From positions 23,438,001 through 23,502,000 of the forward strand of contig NC_045697.1 in assembly GCF_009834535.1 (NCBI RefSeq): a stretch of DNA of 64,000 nt, given 5' to 3'. Origin of the DNA: Camelus ferus. Its lineage: Eukaryota. The stretch's first letter is position 1. Every line of letters starts with the position of its first letter. The translations under genes were made by a program, and so were the position numbers. The notes beneath the pieces were generated by a model that was not told where the DNA came from, did not search any database, and worked only from the letters and a program-made list of their open reading frames with translations. Below, one piece after another: positions 38,631 through 51,200 of this stretch.

Positions 38631-39216
38631 TGTTACTGGAGAATAGGTTCTTGCCTCACGCAGGAAAAGAATTTAAGAGCAAGACACAGTAAGTAAAGTG
38701 AAGGCAAGTTTATTTAGAGAGATACACGCTCTATAGACAGAGTATGATGTGTCTCACTCAGAAGGGAGAGTGGCTTAGGAGATACACATTCCATAGGCAG
38801 AGTGAGGGCCATCTCACAAAAAGAGGCTGAGAGTTGAGGGGGAGGGGTTTAGTTTAAAGTAAAATTAGGTACACAATCCACAGACAAGAGTGTGGGTCAC
38901 CTCAGAAGGCAAGAGAGAGAGTAGCCACATTGTTAGTTTTTATGGGCTTGGTAATTTCATATGCTGGAGTAGAAGAATTATTCTAACCAGTTTGGGGAAG
39001 GGGGGCAGGGATTTCCAGGAATTAGGGCCCGACCCACTCTGGGACCTTTTATGGTCAGCCTGGAAACTGTCATGGCACCTGTGGGTGTGCTATAAAGTTC
39101 AAGGTCTACTGGAAGTCAAAATTTCTGACATCTTGGTTCTAATCAGTTTGTCCTATTCTCAACTGCTTTGTCATTCCTTCAATGGTTGTCCCCTGTCCCC
39201 TTTCCTTCCTGTCTCA
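38631..39216 (-). mobile_element. ERV1 solo LTR (same family as 41186-41672)
   Basis: TGTTAC...GTCTCA termini, exact TSD TAAC (38627-38630 / 39217-39220), GCAAGTTTATTTAG (AATAAA on -). Confidence 0.93.
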
Positions 39217-40123
39217 TAACCACTAATTTAAAATAATTTGTAAGAAAGATGATATGTGAAATTGACTATTTATCATTTTCAATAAAAAAATTGTCTTATA
39301 TAGTATTTCATTTAACTTATTTAATTAACCATTTTCTTGGTATCAATTTTATAAATTATGTGAATTTTTTATATTATTACTCACTTAGGTGGAAATATTT
39401 TACTTACATATCTTTGAATTTGTTTTCCTTTACCAAAATTGATCTTTAAAGAAATATCTTTATAGACACATAATTTTCACACTACTCCCCATATTAAATG
39501 GTAGATAAGACTTTCTTCTTGACACATGGTCCATAAGAGTTTCATAAATTAAAAATTAAAGTCCATGAGTCATTCAATGTAAGAATTTCCAGAGACATTA
39601 GAAATTATCTATTCTACTTTCCTGATACCTACTTATTACAACAAATTCAACAAAGTGTTATATATTTACCTGCATTTATTGAAAGATTGCTGTTGATTAT
39701 TTCAAAATTTGTTTAAAAGTACATAATTTTAGATATGAAACATAGTTTAGTATCACTTTGTTCATAATACCATGTAACACATGAGGAAACTGCCACTCAA
39801 TGGGTCCAAAGTTTTGCTTATTAAGTAGACAAGTGATGCTAAGTGTTACATCCCATAAACTCAAACCAAGGTTCTCTGACAATTTGTTGTAACAAATTAT
39901 CTTCATGAATCAAGAATTTGCTTTTAACATTTTGCTTTAGGAGCATATATGTCTAAGAACTAAAAGGAGTTAGCATATTTTTTAATTTAACATAATTAAA
40001 CTAGTATTTAGAGAGATTCTGTGTGAAAGTTAATAGACACAGTGCTAAGAATGAAGAAAATCACTCTGATCACACTGGTTTCTGCTCTCAAGGAGCTTAT
40101 TGCCATGGGACAAGGCAAGCTGG

Positions 40124-40518
40124 TGTTGCAGGTGGTAAAAGAATTTACCAGAGATGAAGGAAGAGAATAGTAAAGGGGTTTATCATATACAACAGAGGGC
40201 TGCAAAGAGGAGAGGTGCCTGTGTGAGCACTAGGGGTTGCTTGCTGAGGGAGGGTTACATCATGTACCGCACAAGATTTGATTGGTTGTAGGTGAGGTGT
40301 TTAGGGTCAATGAAAGGCAGTGGGATATGATTCTGAAAAGGTGGAGACATGGGCAGAAAGGAACTGAGCCAGTGTGAGATTAGGCACTACCTAGGACTAA
40401 TAGTTTGTTAGGGTAAACGTGCCCAGTAAAGAATGTACTTTATCTGTTGAGGGATCTCAGGCAGGCATCTGAGAGCCCAGCGGTCATTACACTCTGAAGG
40501 ATGCCAGTTGGCCCCACA
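40124..40518 (-). mobile_element. ERV1-type solo LTR inserted in an L2 fragment
   Basis: TGTTGC...CCCCACA termini, TSD CTGG/CTTG (1 mismatch), GATTGG box; preceded by L2-like CTGCTCTCAAGGAGCTTA. Confidence 0.7.
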
Positions 40519-40689
40519 CTTGTAACCCCATTTGGCCTCAAAGAAGACATATACAATTAGTCTGTGACTCCAAAATTAAAATAAACCAGCTATATTTAAT
40601 AAAAAGTAAATGATTTGCCTCAAAATCTTTATGTGACAAATGCTTTGAGAATATTTTTGCATTCAGTTTTTAATAGTGATTCAAATCCA

Positions 40690-40905
40690 GTGTAGTACAG
40701 TAGACAGAAACTTTGAACCAGACAGACATAAGTTTAAATCAGTTTCTGCAACTTCGCTCTGGGCAATATTTTAACTTCTTTTCAAGATTGGTTTCTTAAT
40801 TTTTAAAGTGTAAATAAACATCACTCTTTCAGGACAACTGTAACATTTACATGTAAGATTTACATGAGCCATACACAGTACTTGGACAGCATCTGGCATT
40901 CAAAA
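40690..40905 (+). mobile_element. Decayed MIR
   Basis: CTTTGAACCAGACAGACATAAGTTTAAATC...TGGGCAA...TTTCTTAATTTTTAAAGTG. Confidence 0.65.
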
Positions 40906-41185
40906 AAACAGATATTTCTCTGGTGTTATGTTTAGGTAGTAACAGATGCATGTTGTTAAGATTCTTAGACACCCAGTAGAATGGGTGTCTATTTTCTATT
41001 TCCTTAAAATAGAAAAAAAAAGAAAAAGAAAGAAAGAAAAAGAGGACTAGATATTTCTTCCAAAACCTAATCAGATTGTATCAACTAACATTTAAGTGTT
41101 TCAGAGAACTAGGGTAAAAACAACAAAAGTGGTCAAGATTTAAGAGAGAGAAAAAATGCTTCCCTCAGGGATTTTCAATGACTTA

Positions 41186-41672
41186 TGAGATAGGAGGAAA
41201 GAGGTCAGGGCACAACCGTTAAAGGAATGACATAGCAGATGGGGATAGCACAGACTAGCTGGAACCAAGATGGCAGAATATGCAACTTCCAGTAGACTTT
41301 GAGCCTCATGGCACATCCACAGGCACCATGACAGTTCCCAGGGTGACATTAGAAGGTCAAAAGGTGGGAGGGGGGCCCAATTCCTGAAATCCTCACCCCT
41401 TCCCCAACATAGTTGGAATAATCCTCCCACTCATTAGCATATGAATTACCCTGCCCATACAAACTAAAAACCCCACCCCTTGTTAGTTTTGCCTCCTGAG
41501 ATGGCCCTCATTCTGCTATTGAATGTGTTCTAAGCTGCTCTCCCTTCTAAGTAAGACTGACTGCAGTCTGTCTATGGAGTGTGCATCTCTCTAAATAAAC
41601 TTGCTTTCACTTTACTAGGCCTCGCTCTTGAATTCTTTCCTGCGTGAGACAAGAGCCTATTCTTGGGCAACA
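41186..41672 (+). mobile_element. ERV1 solo LTR (same family as 38631-39216)
   Basis: TGAGATAGGAGG...GGCAACA; CTAAATAAACTTGCTTTCACTTTACT; clear reverse-complement similarity to 38631-39216. TSD poor (CTTA/CTAC). Confidence 0.9.
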
Positions 41673-41699
41673 CTACTTAAAGAATCAAATAAAAATTCA

Positions 41700-41870
41700 C
41701 AGAAGTCACAGAATTATACAGGTAGAAATGACTTGAGAAATTATATAATACAAATCTCTTGTTTTACAGCAGAAGAAACCAAGGTCAAGAGCACTTGGAT
41801 TAATTACTAGAGTCAACATAGTGAGTGAGCTGAAGACTTGCAAAGTTTCCAGACTCTCTGCCAGGTCCTC
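41700..41870 (-). mobile_element. Decayed MIR
   Basis: TTTTACAGCAGAAGAAACCAAGGTCAAGAG core. Confidence 0.7.
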
Positions 41871-42626
41871 TTACAAGACAATAAACTACCCCACTTGAAA
41901 AAACAGGTGCTCATACATAATACCCAATGTAAGCCAGAAAAAAAAAAAAAAAAGGAGCAGGAATGCTACAAAAAGCAGAAGTAAGAACCTTAAAAAGAAC
42001 TTACAGGTAAAATATAGGTAATTATAAACTCCATATTGCTCTGTTTTTATCTTTACCACGCCTTCCAAATGGAATTTATATAATGTCCATCCCAATTATT
42101 TTATTAAGGTCATTCAATTCTAAGGAGTTACTTACTCATTGATGAATGTGATATTTTTGAGACTGTTTAGTCACTGCAATTATTAATACTTAACATATAA
42201 TCAAAGAACCATTATTCCTTACTGACAAAATCCCTGAATTGCCCACGATAACCTGCCTTTTTGTGACATTCTTAAAACAGTGATTTGCCATACATGTATA
42301 CCGTATTTGTAATTAAGGTACACATGAAAATCTGAGACATCTTTGTTTATGAAATACTGTATTCAAAGTTTATAAATGTGACACTAAATATCTGTTATGT
42401 CCTGATCTACAGTAAGGAGTGAAGTGTATATTCAAACTCAATGGAAAATAACATCTTGTTTTAAAATTAAAAAACAAACAAAACAAAATAACCTCTTTAT
42501 CTACCACATTTATTTACAATAAATATAACATTGGGGACATTAAATCATCAGTATAATTATATTGGTCTGAAAACATTCTAAAAAGCATGTGCGTGTATTT
42601 GATATGAAAACTTTAAAAAATCAGTT

Positions 42627-43630
42627 GTTTTTTTTTTTAAGAGCAGTTTTAGGTTTAGAACAAAATTGAGCAGAAGGTACAAAGGTGTCTCATATGCCCC
42701 CTGCCCCTAGGGATGCATAATTTTCCCCATTATCAACATCTTCCACCGAGTAATACATTTGTTACAGTTGTTGAACTGTTGACACCTCATCACTCAATGT
42801 CTATAGTTTATATTAGGGTCACTCTTGGTGTTATTCTATGAGTTTGAACAAATGTACAATGATATGTACCTACCATTGTAGTATTACGCAGAGCATTTTC
42901 ACTTACTTAAAAATCCTCTGTGCTCCACTTACTCATTCCTCCCCTCCTCCTAACCTCTGGCAACTGCTAATCTATACTATTTCTACAGTTTTGCCTTTTC
43001 CAGAATGTGATAGTGGGAACCATACAATATGCAGCCTTTTCAAATTGGCTTCTTTCACTTAGTAATATACTGAAGGTGACGAAAAATAATTTCCCCTTTA
43101 CCCTTCCAGGTTCTTGGCTAAGACAATCCAAGCTGTAATAAAAGACAGATTAATAGGGGAAAAATAAGCAGAAGTTTTTTTTAATAAATGTAAACATCTT
43201 TTACAAAATCACAGTTCTACTCACTTTTTACAGCTTTTCCTATGTGTGCTGTTTCTTAAAAATAATCAGCCTAAAATAATCTTTATGCCAAAGACTTATA
43301 TTTTACGGTCATAAGTTCTGCTTTCCTTAATTACATTTACGTTTCCTCCATGACTTTTCATGGCTTGATACTGCGTATCATTTTAGCTCTGGATAATATT
43401 CCATTATTTGGATGTACCACAGTTTACTTCTACATTCACCTCCTGAAGGACATTTTGGGTGGCTCCAAGTTTTTGCAATAATGAATAAACCTGCTAAAAA
43501 CATCCACGTGCAGGTATTGTGTGAACATGAGTTTTCAAATCCTTTGGGTAAGCATCAAGAAGCATAATTGCTGGATCATGGCAAGATGTATTAAGTGGTA
43601 AGATTGTGGTAAGAGTATGTTTAATTTCAT
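42627..43630 (-). mobile_element. L1MC-type 3' end, interrupted at 43071-43330
   Basis: TTAAGAGCAGTTTTAGGTTTAGAACAAAATTGAGCAGAAGGTACA, TAAAAATCCTCTGTGCTC, GTTTTGCCTTTTCCAGAATGT and TGGATGTACCACAGTTTA. Confidence 0.9.
43071..43330 (-). mobile_element. Internally deleted MER34/MER39-like ERV1 LTR
   Basis: TGAAGG start, AAAAGACAGATTAA, AAAATAATCTTTATGCCAAAGA; TSD ATAC/TTAC; the L1 resumes seamlessly afterwards. Confidence 0.75.
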
Positions 43631-45099
43631 AATAATCTTTTAAAATAAAATAGCTTGGGCTAATTAAAAGAACCAAAATTAGCATCTTTTAGAATTAATT
43701 TTTTCCTCTTTCATTTATCCCATACTATTGAAAAACAAAAACGTAACAGAAAGTGAGGTATTTCCTCTTAGAGGAAATGAACTTTTTTAGTTATTAAAAA
43801 AACAAAACAAAACACACAGACACTTGATCTTCTGTCAACCTTATGCTGACAGCAAAACTGCTTGGCATTAAAATTGTATGTTATTCTTTTCTCTAGATAT
43901 AAATTGTTTGAATGGTGTCATGTATTAAATATTATTCAGCAGAAAAGAGTATAAAGAGAATACATTTCCACAAGTCTTACTGAAATTTATAAACCAAATA
44001 TATCTGTATTATATATAATATATATAGTTTAATGAAGCATATATTGCACAAAAATCCATTTTAGTTGAATTTAACAGGATCTTTAATTTTCAAGAGAGAA
44101 TGTTAACTTTCTTCAATTGATCTTTAAAATACATAGATGTTCCCCCAAATTCACATAATTATGTGCCCTACTCTAGGTTCTTTCAAGGGACTATAACTTG
44201 GGAACTGTATAATCATAATATAAATTCAGAGCTGATTAAGTAATACTCATAAAGAATTAACTGAAGGATCTATAATTCACCCATTTCCTGCAATTGTCCA
44301 ATGTTTACTGCAGGATCTAGGTGGGCTACCAGAGAATTACATTATTGTCTGGACTTTCTGCAACTTCCTCAAATTGGAGTCATTTTAAATAAACATTCTT
44401 TCAACAATAGTCATCCTCTTTCTGATACAGAGTCATTAAAATATCCACAAAACTAAAAATTACACCTGTTTTAGTATAATTATTCAAGATATAGATATAG
44501 ATTAGGAAGCATTATAAAGGATGTTTTCCTCAGAGCAAGTATTAAAAAAAACATTGTCTTTCTAAAAAGCTGGTATTAACTTTTAGTATCATACATTGTC
44601 AACATATATTACTTTTTACATTTTGTTCCAGTAGTTAGTGAGCTCATATTTGGCTTATTTTTCAGCTTAAAAGACAAATATTGTGCAGAACCAGATAACA
44701 TGAGCTTCCACTAACACTCCTGATTCATATAACCTACAAATTAATTGTTTTAATTTATCCTAAAATTATTTTTCATCTCCCACATAACTATATTTAAGTG
44801 CTTATGATTTTAACAATTTTTATTTTGGCTTTATTCAAGGTAAGAAAAAGTTAATAAATACAATTTCAAAACCAAATGGCTTGATCAAAATGTACCTACT
44901 CACTTAGCATCCACAGTAAATATTTTGACTGAAACCATTATAGATTTTATTTTATCCTCTCAGTATATACTCATTGATAATTTTGACAGAATTATTAAAA
45001 ATCACAGAATGCTTTAATATTAAACACTTCTTTTCAAGAAAAATGGCTTCAAATTAACCTTATGCCTGTACACCAGAGATTTACATTGATTTACTTAAA

Positions 45100-45200
45100 A
45101 AATGTTAAATTTACTGAAACTAGAAGCTGCCTGTATTTCCTGTGCTATACATAATATTTTGTACAAATAAGGGCTTCAAATATTTGTTGAATGTATGCTC
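45100..45200 (+). mobile_element. L2 3' terminal fragment
   Basis: CTTCAAATATTTGTTGAATG ending. Confidence 0.55.
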
Positions 45201-48200
45201 AAAGTAATAAGCTATATTATCTTCAGTTTATTTTAAGATGAGGTTGAGAGATCATAATCTATGATATTTGAATATATTACATAAATAGCACAAAGCACTT
45301 TCCTGGCATATTTATTTGTTATGAAATTCTTACTATTTATATTTTTATCTCACAGAGATTCATGATGTGTCAAGTGCCTACAATAAACTTAATTCTTGAT
45401 ATATTGGATAATGGTAGCTTCTGCTCAGTTGATATAATATATATTTATGTTCTATGATTATCTTGGCTTTCTTAGCTTTGCATCAAATAATCAAAATAGT
45501 CAAATTAAGAAAACATATTATAGGAATATGTATCTTCAAATGGTCAAAATAAAATTGTTATGGGAAAAGTGTGCTCAAAGTATTTTATAAAACTGCATCA
45601 ATTTCATTGTGCTTAGTTCTGTTACAATTATACCTCTTCATTTAATTTGTATACTGCGAAAATTAAAATTTTATAAACCATATAATGTATTAATAAACAC
45701 ACTACCATCACCTAATCCTCAACTCAGCTAAACAGAGTTTTAAACATTATGAAATAACTATAATATTTCAATAAAATGACATTGTGTAATATCGTTGAAG
45801 CAGCAATTACCTTAGTAGATGATCTTGGCCAAAAAGTGTCAAAGGGCGTAAGGATAATGACTTGTATATAAAAAAGCAGTAAGACATAATAACCCTTAGT
45901 ACAATAATTACAAAATTTCATTTTTATATTCCTATTTCTTAAGGTAATAGATTTGTGAGGATAATATATGTTGAAAAGTATTACTAGTTGCTCATGTCTC
46001 TCAGAACTTAGAAAATAATTTTGTTTTTACCTAGTTTACTCTGAAGTCCCAGGTTCTAAATTCTCGATAGACTTTTAAGAGACAAGAACCTTGATGGGGT
46101 GAAGACTGGGAACAAACCATACATTTATTCATGACTACCCTGGAAGAGCTAAAGTAAACTCAACCAGAAACCTGGAAGACACCTCACAGAGAGCCTCTGA
46201 GGAGCTGAGATATTAGCCTTCTTACTGAATGAAATCATGAGCCATGTCTTTCTTAGACAGTAATAGTCACTGAAGTTGCCATAGCCCAGAATATCTTAAT
46301 TCATAAACTTGGATCCACAGAAGTGATTACTATTCAAAATATTTTTGCTGAGTGTATAGCATATGATAATTTTTATGAGATATACTGTAAATCCTACAAT
46401 TATTAATGAGATTATCTGATATATGAAAAGAAAAATGTATTATACAGACAGTGTAGAGAAGTACAAAGAAGAGATATGTCATAAAAGATGAAGGATGTTG
46501 GCTTTCTTTTAGAGAATGGATGGAAGGTAAAAATGAACCACCACTGCACAAAGAAACTCTTGGCCAGTGGATAGAATTTAATAAATAAAATAAAACAACA
46601 CAAAATATAACATAAAATAAGATATATGCATAGCACTTAAATTTACTGTTCAGAAAGAAGAAATAAAAGTAAGTCCATTATGGAGAAAGATTCAGATATA
46701 CTTCAAAATCCAACTATTTAAATATTGTTTAAAGAGATCATTTCAAAAGTTTGGGAGACTTGTTTTTAACTAAACTTTTCATATAAATTTCAAATTGTCT
46801 TTGATTTGTTGAAGTGCTAATTATGAAGATATTTAGTTTGTGTAGAACAGTAGTGAAGGGGTACATATTAAAGCAAGTTCGGGCCAAATTATGAAAAACC
46901 TGAATGCCTGGGGAATCTTTATTTTAGACTAAATTCAATGAGTTTCAGTTGGAGGATCTGACCATGATTATGGCATAATCAAAGTGAAATTTAAAATTTA
47001 ATGACTAATCTCTCAGAGGCAATGGTTAGAAAACTGGAGAACTAAAAACAAAAACAAGAACACTCTAATTGGAATCCTATAAGCCTGTGGTTGGAGTCTG
47101 GTCTGTTAATGGTCTATTTGGTCAAATTACTTGCACTACCTTTTGTACTGAGGTTATCTTTCTAGCTATATTACAATGTTAGCATCAAACTGAACATTGT
47201 ATCAGAGCACACATTGTAGAGTTTGTGCTTTTGTATACATACCATATATAGTTGTATGGAGGTAAAGAATATATAGATGGGGATTTAAAAGATGAGTTTG
47301 TTACAGGGACCATATCAATAGAACCATGATGGTTGACTAGATAAGGTGGGAAGGAGCAAAGGAAGGTGGAAAGAACATTAGCAAATTTATTCCCAGATGT
47401 GAAATAAGAATCTACAGTTAATACAGTTGCTCACTCATCCCTGACTACTAAATGTAATACAATCTCAGTTCAAAATCATATAACAAGATAAATCAGGTTG
47501 TCATTTTTGTCAGTACACTGAGGAAATTACTATGGTCTGGTCATAATTAGAGATTTTCAGAAAATAACTTCTTAGAAGAAAAAAAAAAAAAAAAAACGGT
47601 TTTGACTGCCCTGTTAAGATTGCAGAGTGATTTGAGGGTCATGTTGGATCCTGTAGCTCACTTGACTTGCTTACTGATTTTCAATTCAAGTTGGCCTCTT
47701 CATGCAGATTTCCCTGATTCACCTGTAGTTTTCTCTCCAATAATGTTGGTTTCATTGAAAAAAAAATGCAACTTCATTTTTTTAAGGAAATTATGAAGAC
47801 CTCTCTTAAACCTTAAGGACGAATTTTAATTGTGAAGAAAGAAGGTACTTAAACTGGAAAAGTGGCAATGGTACAACAACAACAAAAGAAGAAATGCTGA
47901 ACAACTCACTGAAGGGAAAAGTCTCAAGTTTCGCTTGGTAGCTAAGGATACTTCTCATTCCAAAGCTATGAAAAAGCTTGACAGTGAAGAAGAAGGATTT
48001 GGGAAGTGGGCCAGGATGGGGAACAGAAGGTGGAGGAGGGTTCAGAAAGGAAGGGCTTAAACTGAAAATGCTTTATGATTCCATTGCTACTTTCCCAGCA
48101 CTATTTTAGTGGATCCATAAGGTAAGCAAAAGGTGGGCGATCTAATCTTAGAATAGGTTAGTATAAAATCATAGAACTGTGGCAAATAATTGCAAAGGTT

Positions 48201-51200
48201 ACACTTAATCTTTAATTTCAAAAAGGATATAATTATCATAAGCTGTGAATTTAGAATCTCTTATTAATAAGACTATCATAAAAAGAAAACAGATCTTAAA
48301 GTTTATATATATACATATGCATGTATATAGACATATATTAATATAATTTGTGTCTATGTATGTGTCATATGTATACAAAATAGAGCAAATTATAATCTTA
48401 AAGTGCTGAATCTGTAAACATATAATACTGTTTATTTTTTAAACTTTCACAGAAATTAAATTAACAATTATTAATATTTATGTTTATCAATACTTTAAGA
48501 CTATAATTTGTTCTGATAAAGTACACTTATATAGTTTAACAGTTAATATGTATCTGACTATGACATGCAGGGATAGGGCAATATATTTTGTTACATAAAT
48601 GGTAAAGTGATAATACAGACTCATTAAAGACAGAAAAAATCTATGGAAAATACGAAAGAAGAAATTTTGGGACAAATGCTGCATCTAACACAAAAAAGCA
48701 GCAATCTCACTGGATAATCAAAACTATTCTGTTATCTAATTAAATATGCAAAATTTATTTTATAGGAATTATGTAGCTCCCCTTTCTGTTTTGAATGAAT
48801 GAACAAGTTATATAATTGCTTGGTGGTTTGTTTCACTTTGCTTGTACAGGCAAAAGATATGCAAATATGAAGCCACTATGTAAAACAGCAAAGTGAATTG
48901 TATCCCTGATTAAATATTTCGTATGTATTTAGTAACAGAATATTATCATGAGCATTAACTCAGGGACAAAATACGTATTTTGTCACATAGGAAATAAAAG
49001 GATAATAATGCTTAACAGTGAAAATTTTCTAGTTTTGTCATCGTGGAGGATTCTCCATTGGAGGAAAAAATAATATGTGTATTTGGCACAGTTGTTAAAA
49101 TGTATTAACCAGAAATCAGAGATAAATGGTATAGTTTCTAAATGGCACTGACATTTGAGCAATCAACATACGATATTTTGGAGATGAAAGAAGTAGTAAT
49201 TATATCAGAAGTGATAGCAATTTTTGCCTTCACAGAATCTTACTTAAAGGCAGCAACAACACATTTTAAGTTACCTGTGGTGATCATGGGGAAATACGCA
49301 CACTATCCCAGCTCCAGGGTTCATGAACCAACAAGCAGAAAACGTCTTCAGTCTACTCTACCTTCTCAAAACATTTACCCAAGCTAGCATTTTTCAACAC
49401 ATAGTTCTTTATAACACGCCACAGAAAGAAAAAATAAAACAGTTCATAAGAATTTGAGAGTTATTCATGCTCCATCTTCCTTTTGGAAATCTAAGCGCGC
49501 ACACAACATACCTATCCGTAGTATGTTATTTATAGTGTTATAACTATGTATTTATAATTTTGAATAGTAATAATTTAGTTACAGTTATGATTACATGCAT
49601 GACGTATAGTAAACATACTTCCTCTGTTTTGTTGTATCATAAATTCTCAAACTTCCTTTGCTGACATATTCTCTTTCTGCCACCCCAAAAGTGCACTGAG
49701 AACTGGTAAACGTTTAAGTAAATATTAATGACAGCTGGTGAGTCCCTCAAAATTGATGAAAACATTTTATTGTAGGCCTAAATCAACCCAAACTGTCCTG
49801 CTTGGGGGGAAATCATACTGAGAGACTGAGATGGTGTCAGGAGCACATTAGGGAAACTTAGGACACTGGAGTAGCTTAGAAGGTCACATCCTGTTCCTTG
49901 GAACCTAGGAGCCTGTACCTAGAGGCTGCTCAATAAATTTAACTAAATCTACTAAAGTAATTTAAAGTAATACATGAATGAATCTCCTGAACTTAAGAGA
50001 TCCTGGGCAGAACTTATCTTAAAGAATATAACCTTCACCAAAGATTTTATTGACCCCTCAGCATGTGTCCTAAATAGATGAGTTTGATTAAGATCACAGA
50101 CTGTAAAAAATCTTAGTAGAAAGATTTATTTCATACTAACATAACTTATAGCTATGTTATATTTCTAACTCTACAAATTATACACAGTATTTACATAGAG
50201 TCCATTCTCCAAAATGATTATTTGTATCATTCATGAAACTGAAACAATACAGTTTGCCTGGCATTAAGAGTGACAGTGAGAAGGTACACACTACTTGGCC
50301 CCAAGTTAACTATTAGAATGTCATCCCCTGATGACAACTTTATTTGACTTTGTCAACAGTTTATTGCTACTTACACTGTTTTGGAAAATAAGCCTGTTTT
50401 AGGCCTCTCCATGTGAATAATTTCCTCAACAATTGCAGAATCTCAAGATTTGATTATATAAGAATCCTTAAATATAAGCCTAAATATTTATCTATGTCTA
50501 TATGTTTTAGGAGAAAATAATTCTTTTCCTTGAATATTAATGAACATTAATTTCCCTTCAAAAACAGAAGATAACTTAGATTTAAGTTTCCATTTCATAA
50601 AGACATGTTATACGTGGTATTCTTATTTATAAGAGGTTTCTCCTACAGTTTAGCGTATACTCTTCTCCTGGCTAAACCGAATAGATGTTGATGAATAAAG
50701 AATCCAAAGATGTTGGCTTCAGGGCATCTGAGATCAATCTCATTACACAATATTGTTAAGAAAGCTGTTAGTTTTATACAGAGCAACTATTACATGTGAC
50801 ATACAGTAGGCAAAAAGTTAAATACATATTGTAAATTTTTCAAAAATAAAATTGTTCCAAATTAAAGTGAATTCATGAGAGAATATGTTTTGTCATGAAC
50901 TAAAAAAAAAAAAAAAAAGAAAGACAATTTCATAGGCATTTTGAGCCTCAGTTTAATTCATGTCACCATATTGAACTTCCAAGATAGAATAAGTGGTATT
51001 TTCAGCAAACTTAAAGTAAAGCATTAACTCTCTCACAGCATTCTTGCTGGAGATTTACTTCCACTTTCTTCCATTGTGTGTATAGTTCTGAAAGATAGGA
51101 AATTATCACAGCTCTTATCACAGCTTCATTACAGTAGGATATAGTAATTTAAGAAAATCAGAAGCAATTTTAAAGCAGCTTTAAAAACATTTTTGTAAAA

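Noticed and set aside
38890..41430. Two similar Cys/Trp-rich peptides suggesting a paralogous gene pair
   Set aside because: Antisense translations of two homologous LTRs.
43760..43778. ATTTCCTCT-T-AGAGGAAAT palindrome
   Set aside because: 9-bp AT-rich arms are about chance level for 64 kb.
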